From: a virus
IMG/VR virus record: IMGVR_UViG_3300043427_001796
Direction: 5' to 3' (one strand)
DNA length: 64,000 bases
Position numbers and translations under genes: made by a program. Every line of letters begins with the position of its first letter. The stretch's first letter is position 1. Of this stretch, positions 40,096 through 49,919 are shown piece after piece. The notes under the pieces were generated by a model. That model saw only the letters and a list, made by a program, of their open reading frames with translations. It did not search any database and was not told the DNA's origin.

Positions 40096-40446
40096 ATGTC
40101 AGCAGTTCCGATTAATTTAACTATAGAGTCTGGTTCCGACTGGGCAGTTGAGTTCAATCTTCGTGACGAGAACGGAGATTATATTGACCTGACTGGATAT
40201 AGTTTAAGTTGTAAAATGGCAAGAAACTATACAACGACAACAAAGTATAGTTTAAATCCTCAGATCATAACTCCTGCCACTGGTCTTATAAAACTATCAA
40301 TGCCTAATACTGGTGGAACTTTAGTCACTAAAACACAAGATCTGAAACCAGGAAGATATCTTTGGAATTTATTAATCACCAATCAAGGTGGAGATACTGA
40401 TAGAGTTATAGAAGGCGTAGTTGTAGTCAAACCAGGAGTTCTATGA
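40096..40446 (+). CDS. Ig/BppU-like fibre adaptor protein
   Basis: NLTIESGSDW..DLTGYS..GLIKLS..LKPGRY.W....RVIEGVVVVKPGV pattern. Confidence 0.7.
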   Translation: MSAVPINLTIESGSDWAVEFNLRDENGDYIDLTGYSLSCKMARNYTTTTKYSLNPQIITPATGLIKLSMPNTGGTLVTKTQDLKPGRYLWNLLITNQGGDTDRVIEGVVVVKPGVL

Positions 40447-40724
40447 AATACCAAGTTACATTGAGCGGCAACAATAATTACAATGTAACTCTACCAAGAG
40501 TAGATAGAAAAAAATTAGTTGATGTTGATACTACTCCTCCAGGGACAGATTTTGGAGATGTTAGTTTATCTGGACTTGGAGATGTGGATTCTTCAAACAA
40601 ACAAGACAATTATGTTTTAATTTGGAATGCCACTACACAGAAGCATGAGTATATTCCAACATCTGAAGTATTGGATCGTGCTGATGGTATTGATGACGAC
40701 TCCACCAGTTACGGAACTTATTGA
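40443..40724 (+). CDS. Small fibre-associated protein
   Basis: LSGLGDVD...DNYVLIWN motif; ATGA overlap. Confidence 0.7.
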   Translation: MKYQVTLSGNNNYNVTLPRVDRKKLVDVDTTPPGTDFGDVSLSGLGDVDSSNKQDNYVLIWNATTQKHEYIPTSEVLDRADGIDDDSTSYGTY

Positions 40725-40766
40725 TTGAATAAATACAAATAGTCAAAGTATAATTGGGAACGTTAG

Positions 40767-42335
40767 ATGGCAGCACCTAGACTTCAACTTAAAAGGGGAA
40801 CTACTGCCCCAGGTTCAATCTTTTATGAAGCAGAACCAATTGTAAGATACAACAGCGGTATCACAGAACTTCACATTGGAGATGCTGGTGGCACTGGAAC
40901 TGGTGCTGGAACGATTGTGGCATCGGAATCAGCTTATGCTGCTGTATCTCAGATGCTTGTTGCTGCCAGTTCTGCTGGTTCAGGTGAAGTAAGAATTTAT
41001 GAAGATACTGACGAAGTTGGATCAAATTTTGTAACTCTTAAAGTTCCAGCTCTTGCTGCTAGTTATATTCTCACTCTTCCAGAAAATGATGGAGATAATG
41101 GTCAGTTCTTAACCACAAATGGTTCTGGTCTTCTATCATGGACAACTGCTTCCATTACAAGTTTCACAACATTTGCTGTTGGTGGAACAGCAGCAACTTC
41201 AGGAACTGATAATATTGTTGCTGATACTTCTGGTGATACTTTCACATTTGCCGAGGGAGAAGGCATTAATCTGTTTACTAATGCTACAACAGATACCCTA
41301 ACAATTTCTGCTGAGTTAGCAAGCACAACCAATCCTGGTGTGGCATCTTTTGCTGCCGCTGACTTTGACGTAAGTGTTGGTGGTGAAGTTACAATCGCTG
41401 CTAATGCCGTTGCTCTTGGAACAGATACAACTGGTGACTATGTTGCCACAGTAGCTGTTACAGCAAATGGTGGTATTTCTACTACTGGAGCAGCAACTGG
41501 GGAAGGTATAGCTCACTCATTAGCATTAGATATTGATGGCATGACCGATATCGGAACTGCCCTTGCTGACGCAGATTTGATTGCTGTTGATGATGGTGGT
41601 GCTGGAACTAATCGTAAAGCAGCAGTAACAAGAGTTGCTGATTATACCTTTAGTAAGGTAAGTGGTGATATTACTATTGCTGCTGGTGGCGCAGCAACAA
41701 TTGCTGCTAACTCAGTTGCTCTTGGAACTGATACAACTGGTAACTATGTTGCTACAATTACAACTTCAGCAACAGGTGGTCTGACTGGTGGGGCTGCTGG
41801 TAGTGAAGGAACTGCTATTACTCTTGAACTCAAGAATAATGCTAACCTAACAAACAACACAGTTCTAAAGTGGAATGCCACTGCCGACGAACTAACAAAT
41901 GGAATTATTACTGATGATGGTTCTACCGTAACTATTGGTGGTAACTTAACGGTTAATGGAACTACAACTACCGTTAATACAACCAACACAGTTATTTCTG
42001 ATGCTCTGATTGAGTTAGCAAATGGATCAACTGGTGCCCAAGCAGCAACTAGAGATTCTGGTATCGTAATTGAGCGTGGAACTGATAGCAATATCTTCTT
42101 CGGTTATGACGAAGGTGTTGATGTATTCGTAGCAGGAACCACAACAGCAACTGGTGCTACCAATGGTGATGTTGCTCCAACTCCAATTGCTTTCCTTGCT
42201 GGAGCATTTAATGTAACTGACACTGCTGGAACTAACCAAGCAATCGTAAGTTACCTTGCTGCTGACGGACTCTTCACTGGTGCTGCTGCTGGTAGATATC
42301 TACAAAACGTAACAGTTGATTGTGGAGTATATTGA
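40767..42335 (+). CDS. Short tail fibre-like protein
   Basis: LQLKRGT N-terminal anchor, GNLTVNGTTTTVN..D..IEL..DSGIVIERG fibre motifs; A/T/G-rich; late promoter at 40729. Confidence 0.75.
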   Translation: MAAPRLQLKRGTTAPGSIFYEAEPIVRYNSGITELHIGDAGGTGTGAGTIVASESAYAAVSQMLVAASSAGSGEVRIYEDTDEVGSNFVTLKVPALAASYILTLPENDGDNGQFLTTNGSGLLSWTTASITSFTTFAVGGTAATSGTDNIVADTSGDTFTFAEGEGINLFTNATTDTLTISAELASTTNPGVASFAAADFDVSVGGEVTIAANAVALGTDTTGDYVATVAVTANGGISTTGAATGEGIAHSLALDIDGMTDIGTALADADLIAVDDGGAGTNRKAAVTRVADYTFSKVSGDITIAAGGAATIAANSVALGTDTTGNYVATITTSATGGLTGGAAGSEGTAITLELKNNANLTNNTVLKWNATADELTNGIITDDGSTVTIGGNLTVNGTTTTVNTTNTVISDALIELANGSTGAQAATRDSGIVIERGTDSNIFFGYDEGVDVFVAGTTTATGATNGDVAPTPIAFLAGAFNVTDTAGTNQAIVSYLAADGLFTGAAAGRYLQNVTVDCGVY

Positions 42336-42363
42336 TAAATAATAGTAATTACTATTATTCGTT

Positions 42364-42570
42364 ATGAACCAAGTTCAAGTAGATTACGCCCTTCTGGTTG
42401 AGGTGATGACGGAGAAACTCTCTGCTCAACTCAACCAGATTGTTGCTTTAGAGGCAAGAATTAGAGCGTATGACAAAGCACTTACAGAGGCATTAAATAA
42501 TGCCCCAGAAGCGAAAACCCCTTCCCGTAAAAAATCTGTAAATACAGAACAGGATGCTGGGACATATTGA
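42364..42570 (+). CDS. Small coiled-coil protein
   Basis: 68-aa ORF, heptad pattern LSAQLNQIVALEARI; late promoter at 42335. Confidence 0.7.
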   Translation: MNQVQVDYALLVEVMTEKLSAQLNQIVALEARIRAYDKALTEALNNAPEAKTPSRKKSVNTEQDAGTY

Positions 42571-42591
42571 ATTCCTACATAGGCAAATTAA

Positions 42592-43116
42592 ATGGCAACA
42601 CCAAAAGTTCAGGTATTAAGATCAGCAGTTCCAGATAAAGTTCCAACTACATCACAACTAGATCCAGGAGTTGTAGCCATCAACACATACGATGGCAAGA
42701 TGTATTTTAAAAAAACTCAAGGGGCTGTTGAGACAGTCGTTGAGGTTGGAGCATCAGATGTTCGTCTAACTGAGTGTAAAGTTCTGGATGACATTTCAGG
42801 ATCTTTCAATGGAGTCACAACTCAGTTTACAATCTCATCATCAACATTAAAGTTTTTAAATACAGAAGTTAACACAGAAGGAAGATTGTTAATTTCTGTG
42901 GGTGGTGTAATTCAGGCACCAGACCCAACACAATCTGCTGGTTTTTTCATCAGTGGTGGGACAGATACAATTACTGACCCAATTAAAATTAATTTTGTGG
43001 AAGCTCCAAAAGCAGGTCAAGAATTCTTTGGAATTGCTTTTGGTCTCAACTCTCCCCCAGAACAGGTGAGTATTCCAGAAGAAAGAATTATTGCTTACTC
43101 TCTAATTTTAGGATGA
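42592..43116 (+). CDS. Fibre-associated structural protein
   Basis: RSAVPDKVPT..L..G.VAINTYDGKMY anchor plus DDISGSFNG..LISVGGVIQ.P..F.EAP module. Confidence 0.72.
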   Translation: MATPKVQVLRSAVPDKVPTTSQLDPGVVAINTYDGKMYFKKTQGAVETVVEVGASDVRLTECKVLDDISGSFNGVTTQFTISSSTLKFLNTEVNTEGRLLISVGGVIQAPDPTQSAGFFISGGTDTITDPIKINFVEAPKAGQEFFGIAFGLNSPPEQVSIPEERIIAYSLILG

Positions 43117-43122
43117 TTTAAA

Positions 43123-46035
43123 ATGGCAAAAAGAAAAGAAGAACAATGGGTATTTGATGCTAGTGCTAAGACAGTAAAGATTCCTGGTCACATTGAAACT
43201 CACGATCTCTTGATGATTGTGAATGCTACTTCTGGTATTATTATTGCCAACCAATTTGATCCTGGCAAAGGATGGACAAGATCACATGGTCACATTTATC
43301 CTGGTGATGTTGGATTTCCCGATCCAGATTTTCCATGGTCAATTGATGGCACCTGCACCTTCACTCTAGACTATGATACCACATCAATGAGTGACGATGA
43401 CGAACTCTCAATTTATATTGAGGATGAACGTCACGGAGTTAAAACCAGACCATTTGATTTTGGCACAGACGCTATTGAGCGTATGAGAGTTGCCAATCCA
43501 GAATCACTTATTGACGCTGACTTTGAATATGGATTACAAGCAACCAAGTGGCACAACTTAGGTCTTCACAATAATTATCCATCATTTTACGAAACTCCTG
43601 GTGTTAGTCTTGAGGTAACTAATATAACATCTGGAGGCACTGGTGGTGGTATTACTTATTCAGAAATTACCGTTACTGTAACTGCCGATTCTCCTCCAGT
43701 TGGAGCATCCATTTCTGTGTTTGGTTTAACTAATGGATTAGCAGAAGGTTTGTTTATTGTATTAACTAGCACAGCAACTACATTTACTTACCAAGCAAAA
43801 GGATTGATAGCAGCAGGATCAATTATCACACCGTATACAACCGTTAAGGAAGGTGGTGTATTTACTGGGGCACCATTACCAATAACTTCAATGTCTGGTA
43901 ATGGCGTTGGGGGTTTAGTGACAGTTAATTTTACAAACAATCATGGGTTATTTCCAGGAGCACCAATCACAGTTGTTGATACTACAGCAGGAACACAATC
44001 TCATGAAGGAAGTTTCTTTGTTCAAACAGTCGTAGATGCTGATACGATCATTTATAATGCTGGACAGAACGTAACTAACGGCGCTATTACTACAACTAAT
44101 ATTTCGTTATATGCTCGTAATGATAGTTTCTTTATTCACCGTCCATTTGATGGTGGTGTGTTAATGGGTGCTACATTACCAGCATATGGTTTACAGGCAA
44201 TTCGTCAAACAAAGAGATACTTCCGTTATCAGTCTGGTAAGGGTATGTTGTTCTCCACTGGAACATTATTTTGTCCAGTGTTTGATGTCCAATCAATAAC
44301 TTATTCAGCTCCAAATATTACAATCACAACTCAAATTGAACATGGTTTACAACCAGGAGCAACAATAAAATTATATGGAGTTACATCAGCAAATTATGAA
44401 GGTGATTATGTTGTAACAGCAGTTACGAGTGATGTAGCATTTACTGTTGCTGCTGGCGGCACTGCTCCCACGGTGACTCCTGCTATTCTTGAAGATCAAC
44501 CTCGTATAGCAGTAGTAAATTGGATAGGTTCTTCTGTAAGGACTGGAATGTTTGATGATACAAACGGAGTATTCTGGGAGTTTGATGGTCAAACATTATA
44601 TGTTGTAAGGAGATCTTCTACTTTCCAATTAGCAGGAACAGTTGCTGTAACTAACGGATCTCATATTGTAACTGGAACAACAACTAGATTTGAAGACCAA
44701 CTAAAAGTTGGTGATGCCATCACAATTCGTGGTCAGAAATATGTGGTGACTACTATCACTTCCCAAACAATATTAACAATTTCTCCAGAGTATAGAGGTT
44801 CTACTCAGTCTGGTGGAGGAATAAAACCGACAATTGTTCGTGAGTTGAGAATTCCGAGCACAGAATTCAACTACGATAAGTTGGATGGGGAGGGACCATC
44901 TGGATACAATATTCGTCTTTACAAAATGCAGATGATGGCAATTCAGTGGTCCTGGTATGGTGCTGGATTTGTTGACTTTATGGTTCGTGGTCCTCTTGGC
45001 GAATTTATCACAGCACATCGTATGCCAGGCAACAATGTAAACGATGAAGCATATATGAGAACTGGTAACTTACCTGCTCGTTATGAAGTTATTAACGAAG
45101 CAGCAAAAGATAAATTGGCTGTAGCATCTGGAACAACTGGAAATCTTACATTAGTAAATGCTTCTCGTTTTCCATCTGGTTCGGCAACTTATCCTGCTTA
45201 TGTATTAGTTACTGGCAATATTGCTGGTTCGGTATTTCATGAAGTGATTTCATATACAGGTAAAACTGGTAACGATTTAACGGGGACAACAAGAGCAACG
45301 ACATTCAGTCAATTTTTAACTGGTGCTTCCAGAACATTTGGTGGCACAACAACAGCAAGAAACCACCCAGCGGGATCCAGTGTAATTTTATTGAATACAA
45401 GTTGTGCTCCAACAATTTCTCACTGGGGTTCTGCTGTAATTATGGATGGAGGATACGATAAGGATGCTGGATACTTGTTCAACATTGCTGATTTCAACCT
45501 TAGTGTTGCTGGCAACTCAACAGAAACAGTTCTTCTATTCCGTCTCGCTCCATCAGTAAGTAATACTTTACCTGGATTACTTGGAGATAGAGAAGTAATT
45601 AATAGGTCAATTATTCAGTTGGTTGAACTTGAAGTTCAGGGCGATAGATCTCTAGAAATTGCTGGAGTTATTAATCCTTCCAATAATTTAAGTGCTTTAA
45701 CTTGGCGAAATGCCTCTAGTCAACAACTTGGTGTACAAGGAGTAAGTGGTGGCCCAGCCGTATTCCAACCATCATTTGCTCAATATATTCCGAATAGTGT
45801 TTTTACAGACCCACCAACGGATGGAGAAGTTATCTTTAGATATATTACTCCACCATCAAGAGCAAACAAAGCTACATTTGATTTGACAAGTGTTAAAGCA
45901 CTAGAAAATGGAATTATTGGTGGTAATGGAACATATCCAAATGGTCCAGAAGTTCTTGCTATTGTAGTTTCTTGTAAAGATGCTCAGGCAGCAACGATTG
46001 ACTTCTCACTTAAGTGGACGGAGGCACAGGCATAA
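43123..46035 (+). CDS. Virion structural protein (970 aa)
   Basis: DAIERMRVANPESLIDADFEYGLQATKW, RQTKRYFRYQSGKG, SWYGAG, YMRTGNLPARYE, SHWGSAVIMDGG motifs. Confidence 0.78.
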   Translation: MAKRKEEQWVFDASAKTVKIPGHIETHDLLMIVNATSGIIIANQFDPGKGWTRSHGHIYPGDVGFPDPDFPWSIDGTCTFTLDYDTTSMSDDDELSIYIEDERHGVKTRPFDFGTDAIERMRVANPESLIDADFEYGLQATKWHNLGLHNNYPSFYETPGVSLEVTNITSGGTGGGITYSEITVTVTADSPPVGASISVFGLTNGLAEGLFIVLTSTATTFTYQAKGLIAAGSIITPYTTVKEGGVFTGAPLPITSMSGNGVGGLVTVNFTNNHGLFPGAPITVVDTTAGTQSHEGSFFVQTVVDADTIIYNAGQNVTNGAITTTNISLYARNDSFFIHRPFDGGVLMGATLPAYGLQAIRQTKRYFRYQSGKGMLFSTGTLFCPVFDVQSITYSAPNITITTQIEHGLQPGATIKLYGVTSANYEGDYVVTAVTSDVAFTVAAGGTAPTVTPAILEDQPRIAVVNWIGSSVRTGMFDDTNGVFWEFDGQTLYVVRRSSTFQLAGTVAVTNGSHIVTGTTTRFEDQLKVGDAITIRGQKYVVTTITSQTILTISPEYRGSTQSGGGIKPTIVRELRIPSTEFNYDKLDGEGPSGYNIRLYKMQMMAIQWSWYGAGFVDFMVRGPLGEFITAHRMPGNNVNDEAYMRTGNLPARYEVINEAAKDKLAVASGTTGNLTLVNASRFPSGSATYPAYVLVTGNIAGSVFHEVISYTGKTGNDLTGTTRATTFSQFLTGASRTFGGTTTARNHPAGSSVILLNTSCAPTISHWGSAVIMDGGYDKDAGYLFNIADFNLSVAGNSTETVLLFRLAPSVSNTLPGLLGDREVINRSIIQLVELEVQGDRSLEIAGVINPSNNLSALTWRNASSQQLGVQGVSGGPAVFQPSFAQYIPNSVFTDPPTDGEVIFRYITPPSRANKATFDLTSVKALENGIIGGNGTYPNGPEVLAIVVSCKDAQAATIDFSLKWTEAQA

Positions 46036-47333
46036 TGGCTGAATTATCAAGGTCACAGATTTTAAAAAATCCAGAAGTATTAGGCACTGGAACTTCTGGA
46101 GCACAGATTATTCTTCATGATGGAGATGAATCCAATCATGTAGCACTGAAAGCGCCAGATACTATCACAACTAATTTCACTCTCACATTCCCAGCAAACG
46201 ATGGCACTGCTAATCAGTATCTACAAACTGATGGCAATGGCATAATGAGTTGGGTAACTGCTGGTCTTCAGACACCTGGAGGAGCAGAAGGATATATTCA
46301 ATACTACAGCTCTGGGACATTTGCTGGTGCTGCTGGAGTTACTACAGATGGCGTTCATCTTACTCTAAAGGCAGCAGGGGAAGTTAGATTTGCTGATACC
46401 GATAGCAGTAACTATGTTTCTTTCAAAGCACCAGGAACAGTTGCTGCTAATAGAGCATACACACTTCCAGCAACGATTGGATCCGTTGGTCAGGTATTAA
46501 AAATTGCTACTGGTGCCACGGCAACGGCAGCAACACTTGAATGGGCAGATGATTTACAGGCAGCAGGTTCTTCTACTGCTAGTGGTGCTGCTGGATCTGT
46601 TCAGTTATCTGATGGTGCTGGTGGTTTCACAAGCGATGTAAATATCACTTACAATACAACAACTGATGTATTAACTTTGGGTGGTAGTTTAACATCTGGA
46701 GCAATTACAGTTGACAACCTTTCTATTGACTTAAATACCATTTCATCTTCTTCGGGAGATATTATTTTAAGTCCCAATGTAGCAACCAGTGTTTTTGGAA
46801 ACAAACCATTAAGATTCTATGATTCTGATAATAGCAACTATGTTGGTATTCAATCTGTTGCTACTTTACCAGGAAATTATACCTTAACTTTGCCAAGTCA
46901 ATTAGGACCAGCAGATGACATCATGACAATTGATGCTACTGGAAATTTATCATTTATTAATAATTTTAGAACTATTAATTTTATTATTGATGGTGGTGGG
47001 TCTGTAATTACAGCTGGCGTTAAAGGATTCGTAATTGTTGATTTTGATTGTGAAATTTTACAATGGACAATTCAATCCGATCTTCAGGGAAGCATTGTTG
47101 TTGATGTTTGGAAGAAAGCATATGCTTCCAATACTGCTATAACATCAACAAATAGCATTTCTACTTCAGCAAAACCAACTTTGTCTAATTCATTCGCAAA
47201 CCAAAATACATCATTGTCTGGAAACTGGTCAACGTTGACAATTTCTGCTGGAGATGTTTTGGCATTTAACGTAGAAGCAACACCAGCAACTGTTACATTA
47301 GTTACAATAGCACTTAAAGTAAGAATGACTTAA
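46035..47333 (+). CDS. Short fibre-like protein with three internal repeats
   Basis: ATG at 46035 overlaps previous TAA; repeated F.D.D.SNYV..KAP....TL.LP...G...Q.L module. Confidence 0.72.
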   Translation: MAELSRSQILKNPEVLGTGTSGAQIILHDGDESNHVALKAPDTITTNFTLTFPANDGTANQYLQTDGNGIMSWVTAGLQTPGGAEGYIQYYSSGTFAGAAGVTTDGVHLTLKAAGEVRFADTDSSNYVSFKAPGTVAANRAYTLPATIGSVGQVLKIATGATATAATLEWADDLQAAGSSTASGAAGSVQLSDGAGGFTSDVNITYNTTTDVLTLGGSLTSGAITVDNLSIDLNTISSSSGDIILSPNVATSVFGNKPLRFYDSDNSNYVGIQSVATLPGNYTLTLPSQLGPADDIMTIDATGNLSFINNFRTINFIIDGGGSVITAGVKGFVIVDFDCEILQWTIQSDLQGSIVVDVWKKAYASNTAITSTNSISTSAKPTLSNSFANQNTSLSGNWSTLTISAGDVLAFNVEATPATVTLVTIALKVRMT

Positions 47334-47346
47334 TAGGAGGTATATT

Positions 47347-48120
47347 ATGGCTTGGGGTTTAGGTGGCACTCTCACTGGCGTGTCCACTACTTATCTAGGT
47401 GTTGCTACCGTAAGAGGTGGATCAAACCCACCAACAAACTGGACAATTCCATTGCCAGCTGGATCTGCTACTGGTGATTTAATTTTATTACAAATACAAA
47501 CTTACGGGGTAAATGCTTCTCCACCAGTTCCACAAAATCCAACTGGTTGGACACAACTAGCATTAATTAATAATGGACCAACATTGACTAACCATAGACA
47601 TTATTATGGATATATAAGGAGAACAGCATCAACTACAAATCCAGTAGTATCCTTTACAGGAACTGGAACTACGAATAATAGTGGAGATAGTTACGTAGCA
47701 AGAACTATCGCTTTTCGTCCTGGTGCTGGGTTTACTTGGGATATTGATGTAACTGGAACAGCATCAACTAATGCTTCAACAAACGCTATTGGACCAGCAA
47801 CAGGTATTACTCCAACAACATTAACTGGCGGAGCAAGCACTTTAGTTGTGGGAAGTTTTGGTAAACCGAACGACATTGCTTCAACTAACTTAGTTACTTT
47901 AGCACCAACCAATTTTACAGCAAACTTGGTAGAAACTACAACTGGATTGGATGCTGGAGCAGTTCATATTCATAGATTAAATGCTCCACAAGCAGCAACA
48001 GGAAACTTGACAGTTGCTGATACTGGCAACGCTCAGGTTGGTGCTTCTATTCTCGTCAGTTTTAAAGAGGTTGCTATTGCTCCTGTTGGTGGTAGTAGAT
48101 CCTTTGCTGTTATCTGTTAG
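47347..48120 (+). CDS. Beta-rich structural / putative receptor-binding protein
   Basis: SD AGGAGG; T/G/A-rich 257-aa ORF with P.G...GDLILL and P.GWT motifs. Confidence 0.65.
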   Translation: MAWGLGGTLTGVSTTYLGVATVRGGSNPPTNWTIPLPAGSATGDLILLQIQTYGVNASPPVPQNPTGWTQLALINNGPTLTNHRHYYGYIRRTASTTNPVVSFTGTGTTNNSGDSYVARTIAFRPGAGFTWDIDVTGTASTNASTNAIGPATGITPTTLTGGASTLVVGSFGKPNDIASTNLVTLAPTNFTANLVETTTGLDAGAVHIHRLNAPQAATGNLTVADTGNAQVGASILVSFKEVAIAPVGGSRSFAVIC

Positions 48121-48148
48121 ATAAATACTTAAAAAGTAGGTTGTAAGA

Positions 48149-48976
48149 ATGGCTCAACCATCAACTCGGGCAGAGTTTACCGATTATTGCCTGAGAAAAC
48201 TTGGAGCACCAGTATTAGAAATCAATGTTGACGATGATCAAGTTGATGATCTGATTGATGATGCTGTTCAATTTTATCAGGAGTATCACTTTGATGGTGT
48301 TGAGAAAATGTATCTCAAGCATAAGTTAACTGCTGAGGAGATCACAAGATTTCAGGAATCAAATCAAAACACATTAGCACCAAACGATACTCCACCTCCA
48401 ACTACGGATGATACTTGGGAAGAGAGAAATAACTTTCTTCAAGTTCCGGATCATGTAATTGGAATCTCTCAGGTGTGGGGACTATCAAGTAGCACCATTC
48501 GTGGTAGTTTGTTTAGCATTGAATATAGAATATTTCTAGATGATTTGTATTCGTTTGGATCAGTTGATCTTTTAAATTATTATATGGTCAAGCAATATCT
48601 TGAAAGTATTGATATGATTATCAATAGCGGTTCTCTTGTTGGATTCAGATTTAACAAGAGACAAGATAGACTTTACATTGATGTTGATCCATCCTTCTTA
48701 ACTGAAGATAACTATCTAATCATTGAGTGCCATCGTGCTCTCAATCCAGCATCATGGTCTCAGGTTTGGAATGATTCATTCCTTAAGAAGTATGCGACTG
48801 CTCTCATCAAAAGGCAGTGGGGTCAGAACATGATCAAGTTTAATAATGTTCAACTTCCTGGTGGAGTTACCATGAATGGTCGTCAATTATTTGAAGACGG
48901 CAATACTGAAGTTCTTGCTCTGGAAGAAAAGATGATGACACATTATCAACTCCCACCTCTAGACATGATAGGTTGA
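48149..48976 (+). CDS. g13: Neck protein gp13
   Basis: YCLRKLGAPVLEINVDDDQ, KKYATALIKRQWGQN..K...QLPGG.TMNG; late promoter at 48121. Confidence 0.95.
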   Translation: MAQPSTRAEFTDYCLRKLGAPVLEINVDDDQVDDLIDDAVQFYQEYHFDGVEKMYLKHKLTAEEITRFQESNQNTLAPNDTPPPTTDDTWEERNNFLQVPDHVIGISQVWGLSSSTIRGSLFSIEYRIFLDDLYSFGSVDLLNYYMVKQYLESIDMIINSGSLVGFRFNKRQDRLYIDVDPSFLTEDNYLIIECHRALNPASWSQVWNDSFLKKYATALIKRQWGQNMIKFNNVQLPGGVTMNGRQLFEDGNTEVLALEEKMMTHYQLPPLDMIG

Positions 48977-48977
48977 T

Positions 48978-49919
48978 ATGCCAACAAGTCACTACTTTCC
49001 TCTCTACTATCAAAACAATAGTAGCGAAACAAATTTAATTCAAAATCTTGTAGACGAGCAGATTAAATTGTTCGGTAGTGACATCTATTATATTACAAGA
49101 AAAACATTTACTGACAATGCTCTAAATGATATTGTTCATTCAGAGTTCAGTGAGAAGATTGTTATTGAGGCAATGCTTCAGAATGTTGAGGGTTTTGGTG
49201 AGCAGTCAGAATTCATCAGTAAGTTTGGACTGAGAGTTACTGACGAAATTCAATTTACAATGTCAGTTAGAAGATGGGAAGAAGAGAGTCCTAGACTTAA
49301 AAATCTAAAAGTTTCATCAAGACCAAACGAAGGAGATCTAATTTACTTTCCACTAACTGGAGATCTATATGAAATCAAGTTTGTTGAAAGAGAAACACCA
49401 TTTTACCAGCTCGGTCAACTATACTACTTTAGCATGACCTGTGAAATCTATGAGGTTGGTAGCGATGATATTAACACAGGCATTCCAGAAATAGACGATA
49501 TAGAAACCGATAATGATTACTCAATCACTCTTGTTCTCGCTAATGGCGGCACTGGTAATTACTACATTGGTGATGTGGTTGAATACCATAATATAACCAC
49601 CATTCTGAATAACACTTCTTATACACCAACTGGTATCACAGCAGAAGTTGCTGGATGGGATGCTCCATCGCAGACTCTTAAACTGATTAACATCACTGGT
49701 GACTATGATGAGGATTACGCTATCCTCAAGAAATTTAATTCCGATTACACCAGCGATGGTATCTGGATCATTGGACCACAGGAAGAATTTACTGAGTTGG
49801 AGAATACAAATACTGAATATGACGACAATAAATATATTGAAGAAGCCGCGGATGATATTCTGGACTGGTCAGAAAGCAATCCATTTGGCGAATTTGGTAA
49901 CATGAATGGTAACTTCTAA
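48978..49919 (+). CDS. g14: Neck protein gp14
   Basis: EQIKLFG.DIYY, SKFGL..DE, RPNEGDLIYFP, FYQLG, E.NPFG. Confidence 0.95.
   Translation: MPTSHYFPLYYQNNSSETNLIQNLVDEQIKLFGSDIYYITRKTFTDNALNDIVHSEFSEKIVIEAMLQNVEGFGEQSEFISKFGLRVTDEIQFTMSVRRWEEESPRLKNLKVSSRPNEGDLIYFPLTGDLYEIKFVERETPFYQLGQLYYFSMTCEIYEVGSDDINTGIPEIDDIETDNDYSITLVLANGGTGNYYIGDVVEYHNITTILNNTSYTPTGITAEVAGWDAPSQTLKLINITGDYDEDYAILKKFNSDYTSDGIWIIGPQEEFTELENTNTEYDDNKYIEEAADDILDWSESNPFGEFGNMNGNF

Noticed and set aside
46014-46034. GTG start for ORF ending at 47333
   Set aside because: ATG at 46035 gives the usual TAATG coupling
24996-48120. Diversity-generating retroelement or invertible fibre cassette
   Set aside because: No reverse transcriptase or recombinase ORF and no near-identical TR/VR pair seen; repeats differ mostly at synonymous sites
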